From Paramoeba atlantica (taxonomy: Eukaryota > Protista > Discosea): 64,000 bases of DNA. The stretch covers positions 372,001-436,000 of the forward strand of contig CDRNVI010000054.1 in the NCBI GenBank assembly GCA_977017575.1. The letters are read 5' to 3'. Of the stretch, positions 11,646-22,936 are shown piece after piece. A program made the position numbers and the translations under genes. Positions within the stretch are counted from its first letter, which is position 1. Each line of letters opens with the position of its first letter. The notes under the pieces were generated by a model. The model was not told where the DNA came from. It saw only the letters and a program-made list of their open reading frames with translations, and searched no databases.

Positions 11646-11898
11646 TGCAAAGATGTGAAGATTTCGGTCCTGTCTTCGCCACAGAGGAGTGTAGTAACAA
11701 TCGTCCGAGATGTCACATAGAGTACAGTGTATTGAACTACTAAATTATTGTGTAGAATCAATGGGGATTCAACCTCTTATTTTGCTTTGTTAAAACATTG
11801 GACAAGACACCCACTTCCTCTCATAAAAATAACGGAGTACTTTATATGGTCACCATTCCGTCGTTGTTCATTTACACCCGTTTTTTTCTATTATTTAC

Positions 11899-12768
11899 AT
11901 GCTCCCCCTTTCTTCATTCTCGGATATTCCGGAGCCATCCAGTAAACGTCGAAAAATGAATGAAGACGAGCCACCATCAAAAAAGAATACCCGAAGTGGG
12001 AAAGTCCACGCCGCAAAAGTTAGATTTGCTAATTTACCTCAAGAATACCAACTCGCACGAGCCACTGCAAAAGTTCACCACGAAGAAAAATCATGGTGCA
12101 CTGACACACCAGCATGTGAGTGGGAAGGTGTGGGTTGTAATGAACGTAATGAAGTGGAAGCTATCTCCTGGAGTAATTCCAAGTTATTGGGAAAAATGAG
12201 TTTTCAAGATCTTCCTCATATGCTCCATTCCTTGCAGGTCAGTGACAATGCTTTGTCAGGTTCGGTACCCTTCGATCAGCTACCTTGGGAACTAGTCATT
12301 TTGAGTCTGCGTCGTAATATATTCAAAGGAGAGGTTGACTTGACTTCCCTACCCCGGAAAATTAAGTACATCTATCTAGGACACAACGTTTTCTCAGGTA
12401 ATGTGTGCTTATCGACGCTTCCCACTGACGTGATGCATTTGTTTCTCGAGCGAAATCGTTTCACGGGGTCTCTTGATTAAAAGTCGCTCCCCTCTAGGAT
12501 CAAGAATCTTAACGTAGAGCAAAATAATTTTTCGTGTGCGCTCGAGCTCGACCACCTGCCATTGAGTTTAAGGAATCTTCTTTTATCCAGCAACGCGTTT
12601 TTTGGGGACGTAGACTTGACGCATCTTCCTGCTAATATGGCATCCTTGGATTTGTCAAAGAATCCGAGTTTGCGTGGCGACGTGCAAAAGTCCGAACTTC
12701 CGGCTGGTCTTCAGACGTTGCAGATCACGGATACGCAAGTTAGAATCAGTGATGTGAACAATCAGTAG
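11899..12768 (+). pseudogene. LRR paralogue with an in-frame TAA at 12478-12480
   Basis: LRRNT-like cap WCTDTPACEWEGVGC; LRR repeats continue in the same frame after the stop (12562-12768 is in frame). Confidence 0.8.
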
Positions 12769-12992
12769 TGCGAACTAATTTTAAGAATTCCATTGTATAT
12801 TGAATTTGAAAAGCGAAGAATCACGACGCCGTGAAAACATTAATTAAGAGTGAGATTGCGGGGGTTGTTTACAACCTCTGCCTCTCCCTTCTTTATGGTA
12901 TCCGGGGTAGGGTGGATCCAGCAGGGTGAGAAAGGGGGTCCAGCCCCCCTCCTATCCTCGATTTGGGCACAAATCACGGAGCTTAAAAACGT

Positions 12993-13085
12993 AGGTCCCG
13001 GGACTCGAACCCAGGTAGTCCAGTTCATAGGACCTGCCGTTCATAATCTGATGGTCGCAGGTTCGACTCCCGGCGGCTATATTTT
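12993..13085. other. Two back-to-back degenerate tRNA fragments (Gln-like on -, Met(CAT)-like 3' half on +), each with a B-box
   Basis: Minus strand GGTCCTATG...CCTGGGTTCGAGTCCCGGGACC; plus strand TTCATAATCTGATGGTCGCAGGTTCGACTCC followed by TTTT; neither folds into a full cloverleaf. Confidence 0.45.
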
Positions 13086-13605
13086 CAGCCATACGCGGGC
13101 GTCGTTAATGGGAAGCAATTTGCGAAGCCCGTTTACCAACAACCACCGCTTTTTAACGAAGCAGCTAGCACACCGACATTATTTAGGATAACGTTTTTTG
13201 CCCGTAATTTTTACCTTACTTTCTGGTACCTTGATTAATGTTTGGCGCTCATATATGAAATAATTTCAGGTGTGCATACCTTTTAAAACGTGAAGTTTTA
13301 AGGCAAGTACTGAGAAACACTACCTTTTGGGAATTTGGAAGCCTTGTAATACACTTTTGATTCCTCCGGAATCCAATTCCATTTGGCGATGTCGCTCAAG
13401 TGGTGCTCAAGCATGGAAGCAACGTAAACTTGTTTTTGACACTAATTCGCTGCATAAAGCTGCAGTAAAAATTGTGCAAGGTGTGGTGTAGACCACTGAC
13501 TACTACTAAATTTATGAACAGACACGAGCGTAGATACAGCGCATGTAGTACACAAAGTAGTCTACATGTATACAATAGTTAATTATAAATACATAATTTC
13601 CCTTA

Positions 13606-13866
13606 ATGATCATCCCGATACGATGCTTCACTTGTGGCAAAGTAATTGGCGACAAGTGGGATGACTACATGAGTTACCAGAAACAGGGCTACCGTAGCGG
13701 CGATGCGATGGACTTGCTGGGTTTGCATCGCATGTGTTGCCGACGAATGTTTCTTTCACACTCCGAGCAAACACACATTTTGCTATTATTTAATCCAGCG
13801 GATCGATACACCGACACTGAGAAATTGGCCAACACCGCAGAAGATGCTGAAGCGGCAAACGCTTGA
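13606..13866 (+). CDS. RPB10: RNA polymerase I/II/III common subunit RPABC5
   Basis: MIIPIRCFTCGKVIGDKW...L.RMCCRRMFLSH. Confidence 0.97.
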   Translation: MIIPIRCFTCGKVIGDKWDDYMSYQKQGYRSGDAMDLLGLHRMCCRRMFLSHSEQTHILLLFNPADRYTDTEKLANTAEDAEAANA

Positions 13867-14144
13867 GAACCTTATTATCTTGTAGCAAATAGCTCGTTTC
13901 TCAGGACCATTCTTTTTGAGGATCTTATGAAAGTAGGAATGAACGCAGGGCCAACGTTTGGTTCATGCCTCGTGTCTCAAACGTGTAATCATACTTTGTT
14001 ATTGTATATCGTGAATGTTATTGTTGTTCTATTGTAGTAGAGAAGGAATTTACTTATTTGTAGGCTCTCTGTCCAAAGAAGTCATCCATACCTCTTTTCT
14101 ACAGCTGCACCAACGCCCTGTTTTTTTGTAACCTTTCATCTACA

Positions 14145-17100
14145 ATGAAAAATCTGCGGCATTCAATGTTACGTACCGTGCTACGCCGCTCGGGAGAGAT
14201 TCTAGAACAAAAAGTTGAAGTTGAAACCCTCTGTATCCTTCTCTCCGCCCTCTCCACCCTCCGCGTGAAACCCTCCCTACCCGTACTCCGCAACGCCCTC
14301 TGGCAAGCCAAACGTCTCTCCAGCGATCTCAACCTGGCCAACCTCAACCAAATCCTCACCTTCGTCGCCGCCTCCGGCAACGATGCCCGTTTCAACCCCG
14401 TCGCCCAAGACCGTCTGGAGAAACTCTTCCTCGCCACCGCCCACCTCCTTCGTCCCGCCACCGAAACCGACGCCACCTGTACCGAAACCGAAACCGAAAC
14501 CCCCACGCCCCCCCCCGACACCCCCACCCCCCCCTCCGCCTTCCCCGAGGAGATCCGTCTCCTGCTCCGCAGCTCCCGTCGTATCGGGTATCTCCCCCCG
14601 TCCACCCTTGCCACGGTCCACGCTCTCCTCCCCGAGCTCACCCCGCAGTACTCCCCCCACCAAGCCAGCTGTGTGCTCACCTCACTGCTACGGCTCGGCC
14701 CCTCCCACCCCCCCAGCAGCGCTCTGCGGCCCTCCCCCCTCACCGCCTTAGCCCAAGCCATTGCCTCTCGCTGTGGCAGTGGCGGCAGGGGCAGTGGCAG
14801 TGGGAGTGGGAGCCGTGGCAATGGGAGTGGGAGCCGTAGCAGTGGGAGTGGCAGTGGGAGTGGGGGTAGTGGGAGTGGGGGTAGTGGGAGTGGGGGTAGT
14901 GGGAGTGGGGGTAGTGGGAGTGGGGGTAGTGGGGGTGGGGGCAGCCCTTGGGTGACCCGTGCGATGGTGGCGGAGTGTGCCACATCGTGGGCCCGGGCCC
15001 CCGCGGCGTGTGTGGGGTTAACCCCACTGGTGTTGGATTGGGTGACGCAGGAGTTGAGAAAGGGGTTGGAGGAGGGTGGGGGTACAACAGTGGGGAGCTC
15101 AGGAACAGAGATGAACAAAGGTTCATCTGGTGGGGGAGATGAGGAAAGAGGGGAGAGGGAGGGGGTGGGGTGGAGAGGGGATTCGTCCTCTTTGTCGGGT
15201 GGTGGTGGTGATGTTGAAAATGACCAGAGTGATTTTCTAAACACCTCCCCGGATATTTCTCTTCCGGAGGAGACAATGAATGGGGAAGTGATATTCGCCG
15301 AAGAGGAGAATTCAAATTCAAGGTCAGTTCCTTCTTCTTCATCTTCTCCAAGAATCCGAAATTCCGTCTCCCCGCGTTACCTCCCCCAAAAGATGTGTCT
15401 GGATTGGTCCCCCAATGAACTTATTCAAGTTCTCTCCGGGGCCTTAAGCCAAGGTGCCCCGGCCTGTTTTATCTTTCCTCTATTGGAAGTGTTAGAACAT
15501 CACACCGTGGCCCCGTTATCGTGCGACATGGGTACGTTGTTACGACGCACCGACAGCTACCGAAGCGCCGCCGCAAAGGCGCCCCATTTAAATTGGTATA
15601 GCGAAATCGAAGACACACTCCGGCCGTTGGTGAAAGAACAAAGCTGGGAGGATCCGATATTATATCCGCAGACTAATGCAAAGGCAAAGACGAATGCAAA
15701 CACAAAAGCGGGTACGAATGAAAAAACAGCAGCAGGGGCTGTCCATGCCGATTTAGTCGATCTCATTCGTGTACGGATTTTAGAATTGCTCTCAGCGGTC
15801 GTTACCGAGGAAGCTAACGCGATCGTGGACAAAGGCGTGCTCCCGTCGTTATCCCGAAAGCAGCCCACCTATATTAATCTAATGGTCTCAGGACTCGGGG
15901 ATGCTTTCGCCTATTTGGAGCGCAGACGACACTTGCTGGGGCTCCCCTGGAGGCAGGAGCAGGGCGGGTGTTTGGAGAACGCGGAAGGGGGGAGTCGCGC
16001 CTATCACCGTGCGGGGCATTACCCCAATACACGAGCGTGGTTACGGGCGTTTCTGGATCACCTCTCCCTGGAACACCTACGGGAGGGGACGCTGTTTGAT
16101 ATGGCCCATATGTACTCCTCCGGGTCGATTTTGGGGATCATGTCCCCTCGGGACGCAGGGGTGATGTTTGAGTCCTGTGTACAGGCCTCGAAGACACAGC
16201 CGTGGACCGCACAGACCCTCGTGCTGGTGTTAAACTCTGCCATGCATACCTCTCAGCCCCGGGATCGGATTTGTGCGTTGTTACGGGAATTTTCCTGTTC
16301 AAAGGAACAAGAGCCGCGAGAGGGCATACACAAAACAAGTGAGCAAAAGACCCGTGAAAACAACACAGCCTTACATGGGGAAGCGGAGTTGGTGAAAACA
16401 AAGGAAGAGAAGATGAGGAAAGTTCCGCTAAGTGATCTTGACAGCACCCAGCTGTGTCGTGTGATGAAAGTTCTGGCGTGGGCGAAGTCCAAGGGGGGTA
16501 ATGTCCCCCCGGATCTCGTGGTCGGTAACCTGCGTCGCCTGAGTGATCCCGAGACGTGTGCGAGTCTCGACCCTGCGGTCCTGTCGCTTTGTTTAATGAA
16601 TGCAGGCCTGCTGCTGGTGAGCCCTGCGGAGTTGTTCCCCTTTGTATCTCGTATTTACAACGACCGCGCTTTACGCGAAAAGTTCCAGCCCCCGCATATT
16701 GCCAACTGTCTGTTCGGGATGCAACGCTGTCGTACGTGGAGAGGGGGGGATAAGATTCGTGCGCTGCATGCGGAGGCCTCGCGACTGCTGCTGGATCGCG
16801 CCGTGGAGCTTACGCGGTTTCCGAATAAAATCCCGCAGGAAGAAGAAAAGACAAATGAATTGGGAGAGTTTTTTACGTATGGAGCGGATGCACAGCGGCG
16901 GGACACAAGTCGTCAGTCGGAAGAGTGGGGGTGGGAAGGAGAGGGGCAGCAATCGAATGATGAGGCATCTGCACAATCAGATAGGGAATCTCGTACCGAA
17001 TTGAATAAGGGTTCTCCGTCCTACACGCCGACCCCCATAGGAAAGCCCTACCCTCGAGAACTCCCCTTCACCCCGGATCAAGCTACGGATTTTCTTGTTA

Positions 17101-17633
17101 CGGTAAACCAGACCCGGTACTGTCCGGACTCGAAAATCGTTCACCGCTGGTGTGTGTTTGTACTGCGCCAATGGGAAGCCCTGGACGAGACCCTGAGCCT
17201 ACGTGAGGGGTCGAACCCGGAGCAGCGCGCCCCCCGGCGCATTCGACAACGCCAAGCCGCCCCAATCCGCCCGTTCTCGCTGCTTACAATTGCACAAATC
17301 CTGGATGTGTTTGCGCGGGTGCGTATGCGCATGAGCCCGGAGGAGATTAAATTGTTTTTTCGTGCCATGAAAACGATTTTGCTCACCGGGGAGCAGGATG
17401 GGGGGCACCGGAGCCGTGCGACAGCATCCGCCCGGAATAACACGCTTTCTCCTGGGTTTGTGATTCCCGTGCTCGCGATGATGTACCACACGCGAGTCGG
17501 GAGTCGTGCGTTGCTGCGCAGGCTGCAGCAGTGCGAGTCGGATATTTTGAAGAACTCCAGCGACAGGGACTGTCGGCGATGGGAGGTGTACATGAAGGAT
17601 CTAACCGCACGGCTGGACAAACAGGAGGGGTAA
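14145..17633 (+). CDS. Large helical-repeat protein (OPR/HPR/FASTK-like motifs), possibly mitochondrial RNA-binding
   Basis: 1162-aa ORF; presequence-like N terminus; repeated motifs such as FQPPHIANCLFGMQR, WSPNELIQVLSGA, WTAQTLVLVLNSA, FSLLTIAQILDVFARV; AG acceptor at 14103-14104. Confidence 0.6.
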   Translation: MKNLRHSMLRTVLRRSGEILEQKVEVETLCILLSALSTLRVKPSLPVLRNALWQAKRLSSDLNLANLNQILTFVAASGNDARFNPVAQDRLEKLFLATAHLLRPATETDATCTETETETPTPPPDTPTPPSAFPEEIRLLLRSSRRIGYLPPSTLATVHALLPELTPQYSPHQASCVLTSLLRLGPSHPPSSALRPSPLTALAQAIASRCGSGGRGSGSGSGSRGNGSGSRSSGSGSGSGGSGSGGSGSGGSGSGGSGSGGSGGGGSPWVTRAMVAECATSWARAPAACVGLTPLVLDWVTQELRKGLEEGGGTTVGSSGTEMNKGSSGGGDEERGEREGVGWRGDSSSLSGGGGDVENDQSDFLNTSPDISLPEETMNGEVIFAEEENSNSRSVPSSSSSPRIRNSVSPRYLPQKMCLDWSPNELIQVLSGALSQGAPACFIFPLLEVLEHHTVAPLSCDMGTLLRRTDSYRSAAAKAPHLNWYSEIEDTLRPLVKEQSWEDPILYPQTNAKAKTNANTKAGTNEKTAAGAVHADLVDLIRVRILELLSAVVTEEANAIVDKGVLPSLSRKQPTYINLMVSGLGDAFAYLERRRHLLGLPWRQEQGGCLENAEGGSRAYHRAGHYPNTRAWLRAFLDHLSLEHLREGTLFDMAHMYSSGSILGIMSPRDAGVMFESCVQASKTQPWTAQTLVLVLNSAMHTSQPRDRICALLREFSCSKEQEPREGIHKTSEQKTRENNTALHGEAELVKTKEEKMRKVPLSDLDSTQLCRVMKVLAWAKSKGGNVPPDLVVGNLRRLSDPETCASLDPAVLSLCLMNAGLLLVSPAELFPFVSRIYNDRALREKFQPPHIANCLFGMQRCRTWRGGDKIRALHAEASRLLLDRAVELTRFPNKIPQEEEKTNELGEFFTYGADAQRRDTSRQSEEWGWEGEGQQSNDEASAQSDRESRTELNKGSPSYTPTPIGKPYPRELPFTPDQATDFLVTVNQTRYCPDSKIVHRWCVFVLRQWEALDETLSLREGSNPEQRAPRRIRQRQAAPIRPFSLLTIAQILDVFARVRMRMSPEEIKLFFRAMKTILLTGEQDGGHRSRATASARNNTLSPGFVIPVLAMMYHTRVGSRALLRRLQQCESDILKNSSDRDCRRWEVYMKDLTARLDKQEG
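14856..14930 (+). repeat. Coding minisatellite, five perfect 15-bp units encoding GSGGS
   Basis: (GGGAGTGGGGGTAGT)x5 within a longer Gly-Ser tract 14770-14945. Confidence 0.95.
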
Positions 17634-18023
17634 GGCAGAGGGGGTAGCGGTGGAACGTAGAAACACGTTGGAACAGGATCGTAGAGGGATGATGCGCGGT
17701 AGAAACGTCTTAAAGCGAGTTTTTTCACGCCTGTACATAAAACAGAAGGCCCTCTGCGACGTGTCACCGTGGTCTTGGCAGTTAAGCTCGAGATTTGCAC
17801 TCTGTCACGGGACTCTGTCACAGCACTAGGGAGTGAAATTGACGTTGAATCCATTCAACTTTAATGGAAACACCATTTTCTTCCCATGTGTAATACAGAA
17901 AAAAATACAGAATTGTTTTCTGTATAGCGAATCTACTTTCAGAACTCTGTAAATTCATATTCGATGTCTGGCTATAGTACTATCTAGAGTTTTCTACTAG
18001 AGAAATACAGACTGACAATATTT

Positions 18024-18845
18024 ATGATGTACAACCAACTCTGCATGCTACACTACGCATTCGACGTGCCAGCCAGTGGAGAACATTCACGCCTGGGAAG
18101 GGCTCGAAGAGGAGTAAATGTGCCACAGGAATGTGAACTTGCAGAGTTTTTCAAAAATATTGAGAAGCCCCACTTCACGTGGAATATTTCAAACTCAGCG
18201 TGCCTGTGGTACGGTGTCCTGTGCGAGGATGGAGAATCCGTTTCACGTTTGTCTATTAGTGACCTGGATCTGAGGGGGACACTTGACTTCACTTACTTGC
18301 CTCGAACAACGGTGGTATGTTGGTTGAACGGGGACAAATTGCATGGTCCGGTTGCGCTTGATAAACTGCCACTGGGACTTTTAGTCCTGTCACTTGAAAA
18401 CAACAAGTTTTCTGGGCATATAAATTTGGCGAAATTGCCGCAAACGTTGAGAATGCTTACGCTGGCCGACAACTTATTTGAAGGAAACGTAGATCTTGCA
18501 CATTTACCCCCAAGAATGCTGCGTTTGAAGCTCGACAGGAATCGGTTCTCCGGGGTCGTTGATGTTTCTCATTTCCCCAGCGGAATTAAGATCGTTCATT
18601 TGCAAGAAAATTCATTTTCAGGACAGCTTGCGCTGCACGCTTTGCCACAGTCTCTGGAAGTGCTGAATTGCAGCAGGAATTGCTTCTCCGATGTGTGTTG
18701 CGATCATCTCCCTATGTCAATAAAGGGCGTGTCCGTAGACGATAATCCAGATATTGATGATGAGGTCCACCAGTCATTAAACTTTAAGATATTAGACGCG
18801 TGGTATCTCTCAGACTCTGAGAAGACTCTGAAAGAGAGTCCCTAG
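18024..18845 (+). CDS. LRR protein with LRRNT-like cap
   Basis: PQECEL...WNISNSACLWYGVLC, then about 8 LRR units. Confidence 0.9.
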   Translation: MMYNQLCMLHYAFDVPASGEHSRLGRARRGVNVPQECELAEFFKNIEKPHFTWNISNSACLWYGVLCEDGESVSRLSISDLDLRGTLDFTYLPRTTVVCWLNGDKLHGPVALDKLPLGLLVLSLENNKFSGHINLAKLPQTLRMLTLADNLFEGNVDLAHLPPRMLRLKLDRNRFSGVVDVSHFPSGIKIVHLQENSFSGQLALHALPQSLEVLNCSRNCFSDVCCDHLPMSIKGVSVDDNPDIDDEVHQSLNFKILDAWYLSDSEKTLKESP

Positions 18846-18982
18846 AGAAGTTGATGTTGAGTCATTCAACCTGAATGGAGATGTTGTTTTCTTCACGAAT
18901 GATTTTTTCTGCTATTATTAGAACATTGTAGATTCATAAGTGATATCTGGCTATAGTACTGCACTTCCCTAATTAATTGTGA

Positions 18983-19324
18983 CCGCTCTACCCCCCCCCC
19001 CTATTTACTATCCCCCCTAGTTAATAGGGCTCCGTGTCACCCCCCCCCCCTTTAATAGGGCCATTTTGTCTGGAAGGCCAAAAAAGATTTCAGGGAAAGT
19101 GCCAAAAAATTGTCGAATGCGCCGCGAAGCGGCGGATTTTTTTTTCGTATCTAGCCCAACAACCAAAAGTGTATCAAAAGGGAGTAAGACCTTGTTTCAC
19201 AACGATAAAAAAGGCGCCGCGAAGGGGCGCCGATTTTTTTCTTTCGTATTATTTTACATGTCCCCCCCTTTATTAGGACCTTTTGCCCAAAATCGGAGTC
19301 TTATTAAATAGAGGGGGGGGAGAG
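18983..19324. mobile_element. Degenerate MITE-like element (family E)
   Basis: Inverted ends CTCT(A)CCCCCCCC..TATTTA; internal inverted C-run/TAATAGG repeats; two GCGAAG hairpins. Confidence 0.5.
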
Positions 19325-19656
19325 TAATTGTTATTTTCGATGGAACCTTGGACACGAGGCGTCGTGAAGCCGGTCCTTTTTTTTTCATTTTCTAGCGTAC
19401 GGTCGTATGTTGTGGTTTTCGAGTCCGGTCCGTTTGTCTCCGATAAGATGTGACCTCCGCACTTTCCGCGTAGGTACCCGTGCGGGTGCTCCACGCGGGT
19501 GTAAAAGGATAAAACTGTAAACTGCAACCGTTCCGTTGACTTCCCTTCATTTCTCTCTCTTCCGGAAAATGGTAATGTTCATGTAGGATGCTAGTGAAAC
19601 CTACACTATGTGCCCGACTTTATAGATGGGGCCTAAACACGCATGTTAACACGAAG

Positions 19657-19973
19657 TGTCCCATTTGCAATGAGGAAGTCCAAACTATCCGCCACATACT
19701 TGCTGGCTGTCGAGTCTCCCTGGAACAAGGATGATACACCTATCGCCACAATTTGGTGCTCGTGACGCTAGCTGATGCTGTATCCAGCTGCCCGACGACA
19801 GCGCAAACCCATTTCGACCTTGACCTGTACCGGAAACCGACATCCTGGCTATCAGGAACTGAACTAAAGCCAGATGGGTGGGTATGACTCCACAACGGCA
19901 CGGAATTTATTATAGAGCTAACGTGCCCGTGAAAGAGAACATGGCAGCTGCACATGGGAAAAAACTTGCGAAA
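19657..19973 (+). pseudogene. Second HERO/R2-like CCHC + REL endonuclease relic
   Basis: CPICNEEVQTIRHILAGCRVSLEQG*YTYRHNLVL...KPDGWV*...IIELTCP* then ENMAAAHGKK (stops and a frameshift). Confidence 0.8.
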
Positions 19974-20979
19974 CTGGGTAGCGATGGTGCACTTCTAGCG
20001 AGGAAGGCAAAAGCGAAAGAGAGACCCGTCGTATGCGGGGTAAAAATTTATATTTATTAAAAAGACCTGCGCGAATGGCTTGTATTGCTTTCTTCTCTGT
20101 TATTATTTTTAGTGTTTCATGTTTGCGGCATGTTTTACATACAATTGCTAGTTTTGGGCTTAAAAATTTATATAGTTGCTTGTTTTCAAATATGCACCCC
20201 CTCCCCTATGGACCTTCATTGTTCATGTATTGGGTAAAAAAAATTATTTATTATCTCTTTAGCAGGTATCTCTGCAGCAAGACTGCATGAACAACAAATT
20301 TTGTGAAGGGAAAGAGTAGTTTCGCAAAGTAGGTCAAACAAACCAATATTAAAAAGGCAGATGTCACCCTGGAGGGAAACAAAGAAATAAGCTAAGGTAT
20401 CAGAAAGTTTATTTTTTACCCTTTCTCAGTGTTCCTACGTTTGTCCCCGTTTCCCCAGAAGGGAGCTGGGGCTTAAAAGTTGAGGTCGCGGAATGGAAGA
20501 ATTCAAAGTTTGAAATACACGGTGCTCAGACGGCGAGTACAAGTTTTCAAGTTCAACCCTCTCATAGCAATATTCATGGAGGCCTCACTCTAAGAGGCTA
20601 GGCTGACAACCAACTAAGCCCAGTACTCGGAGGACCGTCCCGGACCCTCCCCTCAGGGAACCAGCTCCCTTACCCGTCTTACACCTCTTGGGTAAGCCGT
20701 GTTGACGTACAATTTGTCAACGCAGCGTGTTGGTAACAGCATGTTGGTGCCGCCGTGGGCAAGCGGAAACTGGTAGAGGACGGCCTCGGGACAAATCTGT
20801 CTGAAGGGTCTGGCTTGCCAGTGACCGTCCGGAGCAATCCGGAATGATTTGGATTTGATTTTGGAGTGTTCCTACGTAGATCAACACCTTCGCGAGAGCC
20901 CCATCAATTACCTTAAATTTCACCCCATCTTATTTTACACGTTTCACTCTTTGCGAACTCCAGACACTTTACACGTCTT

Positions 20980-21987
20980 ATGCTGTTTTTTATGAAACGA
21001 CTTGCTGATTCCCGTCTTACTGCGCCCCTTCTCCTGGGTGTTGCTGCTACTACATTTCCTTTCTGGAATCTAGTGTACCGTACACTTTCTCACCGTCTCT
21101 CCATAACCCGAGCTTTTGGCTCTTCTCCCCCTCCCTCTCCCGCTCCTGTTTCCTCTTCATCCCCTACCCAGGCGTTAAATCCAAAACTTTACCAAAACTT
21201 CGCCATTGCTTCGATTCAACAAGAAAGTCCCGACACGAAACGATTTCGATTAGCGTTTCCTTTTCCCGACAAATGCAGTGGGCTTAAAGTGGCGAGTTGT
21301 ATCTGTTTGCGTTGTCCCAAAGAATTCAATAACGTGGAATCAAATCATACCGAGAAGAAACAATATGTGATACGGCCCTACACCCCCGTGAGTCCCCCAG
21401 AAACCGTTGGGTATCTTGATCTTGTCATCAAACACTATCCGACAGGACAAATGAGCTCTTATTTATTTAAACGGGAGCTCGGAGACACCGTTGAGGTCCA
21501 GGGACCGTTTCCGAAATTTGAATACCAAGCCAATCAGTGGGAAACCATCGGTATGATTGCCGGGGGTACCGGCATTACTCCAATGTTTCAGCTGTTAGAT
21601 GCCGTGGTGAAAAATCCAAAAGATACGACACAAATTCATCTGCTCTATACGTGTCACACGGAGCAGGATATGTTGCTCTATAAGGAGTTACGAGAGTGTG
21701 AAGAAAAGTCACAAAATCTCCATCTTCATCTCTCCGTGACAAAAGAGACGAAAGAAGAGGGGAAATGGAAAGGGCTGCGTGGTCGTGTGGATGCAGAGAA
21801 GATTCGAACGTACCTTCCCGGGCCGCAGCTCGGGGAAAAAGTAAAAATCTTTGTCTGCGGTCCTCCCGGGATGATGGAGGATGTGTGCGGGGGAAAGGAC
21901 GGGTCGGTGTTTCCCCCGGCCCAGGGTGGCCTTACGGGACATCTCCGCGATGTGGGATATACACAGGAGCAGGTGTTTAAATTTTGA
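20980..21987 (+). CDS. CYB5R: NADH-cytochrome b5 reductase
   Basis: RPYTPVS FAD motif, GKMS-like GQMS, AGGTGITPM, CGPPGMM, terminal VFKF. Confidence 0.93.
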   Translation: MLFFMKRLADSRLTAPLLLGVAATTFPFWNLVYRTLSHRLSITRAFGSSPPPSPAPVSSSSPTQALNPKLYQNFAIASIQQESPDTKRFRLAFPFPDKCSGLKVASCICLRCPKEFNNVESNHTEKKQYVIRPYTPVSPPETVGYLDLVIKHYPTGQMSSYLFKRELGDTVEVQGPFPKFEYQANQWETIGMIAGGTGITPMFQLLDAVVKNPKDTTQIHLLYTCHTEQDMLLYKELRECEEKSQNLHLHLSVTKETKEEGKWKGLRGRVDAEKIRTYLPGPQLGEKVKIFVCGPPGMMEDVCGGKDGSVFPPAQGGLTGHLRDVGYTQEQVFKF

Positions 21988-22394
21988 AAAAAAAACGGCG
22001 TTAAAGTACCTGGTATTTAGAATGTCGTCGATGATTTTAAATGTGAATGCGTCGGAAGGCGTGGAGAAGGGAGGCAGAAGGAAATGGCAGGGAGGCCAAT
22101 GTTTTCGAGAAATTATTAATGTACACACGTAGAAAATGTACGTTGAAATACTGTATGTTCATGCACATACAGTCTCACATTTTAAAATAGTAGTTTTATA
22201 CCAGAAGAACGGAAAAACATTTAGAACCAGAACATTTTGTGTGGAATAGCACTATTATAGTGCTACAGTCTATAAGAGCATTGACTCTATTACAGTGGCC
22301 AAGCTACCGAATTTACCCCGCTCCCACTTAATAAGAAGAAATGAAAACTTTCCTCCCACTTAATATTTGCACACTTTCTACATACGCATACATG

Positions 22395-22560
22395 TACAGT
22401 GGTGTTCAGCCTCTTTTACCCCTCCCCTACAGGTCTTGTATTTTGTCCGATTTTGGAAATATTTGGTATAACACCGTTTTTCGACCCAATCGTTCCGAAT
22501 CCGAGGTCCTTTTCACTCGAGCGACCCCCTACCCCCCTAGCCAGGTAGGGGTCAAAAAAG
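22395..22560. mobile_element. Terminal fragment of dispersed element family C
   Basis: 22425-22520 matches 46030-46130 in reverse; 22511-22560 matches 45530-45580 directly; begins TA-CAGTGGTG. Confidence 0.6.
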
Positions 22561-22892
22561 CTAATTGCGACTTTTTTCGGGGCATTTTTTCGAATTTTTC
22601 GGATGAAATGTACATAATGGGGCCAGATTGAACGAAATTTCCTCAATTTTCAAAAAAAATCCTAAAAGTAACTAAATCTCAATGAATTTCAAAGAAAATC
22701 AAAACTACGCACACAAGACGATTTCCGCACAAAACAATGCCACATCCAACAAAACAAGTACCACCGCGCTTCGCTCTTAAAACTGTAATGAACCATCTAA
22801 CACTGCAATTATACTACGTACGAAATTTCATTGTTTCTCCTTTGGTTAGTTTTCTGCAAGTTGACCTGAGCTTGAGAAGGCCTGATCCGATG

Positions 22893-22936
22893 CCAAACCC
22901 GCACCGAACCCGCGCCGAATTCGCACCGAACCCGCG
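22893..22936. repeat. Four 11-bp tandem units (CCGAACCCGC(A/G)-like)
   Basis: CCAAACCCGCA CCGAACCCGCG CCGAATTCGCA CCGAACCCGCG. Confidence 0.8.

Noticed and set aside
14099-15351. Long antisense and alternative-frame ORFs over GC islands (also 10923-11700, 33889-34906, 48946-49645)
   Set aside because: Low-complexity shadows of real + strand genes; stop codons are rare in skewed GC-rich sequence
18911-18925. GCTATTATTAGAACA, identical to part of the T. brucei spliced leader
   Set aside because: Lacks the conserved GTTTCTGTAC...TATTG-GT continuation and lies in AT-rich 3' flank; most likely chance
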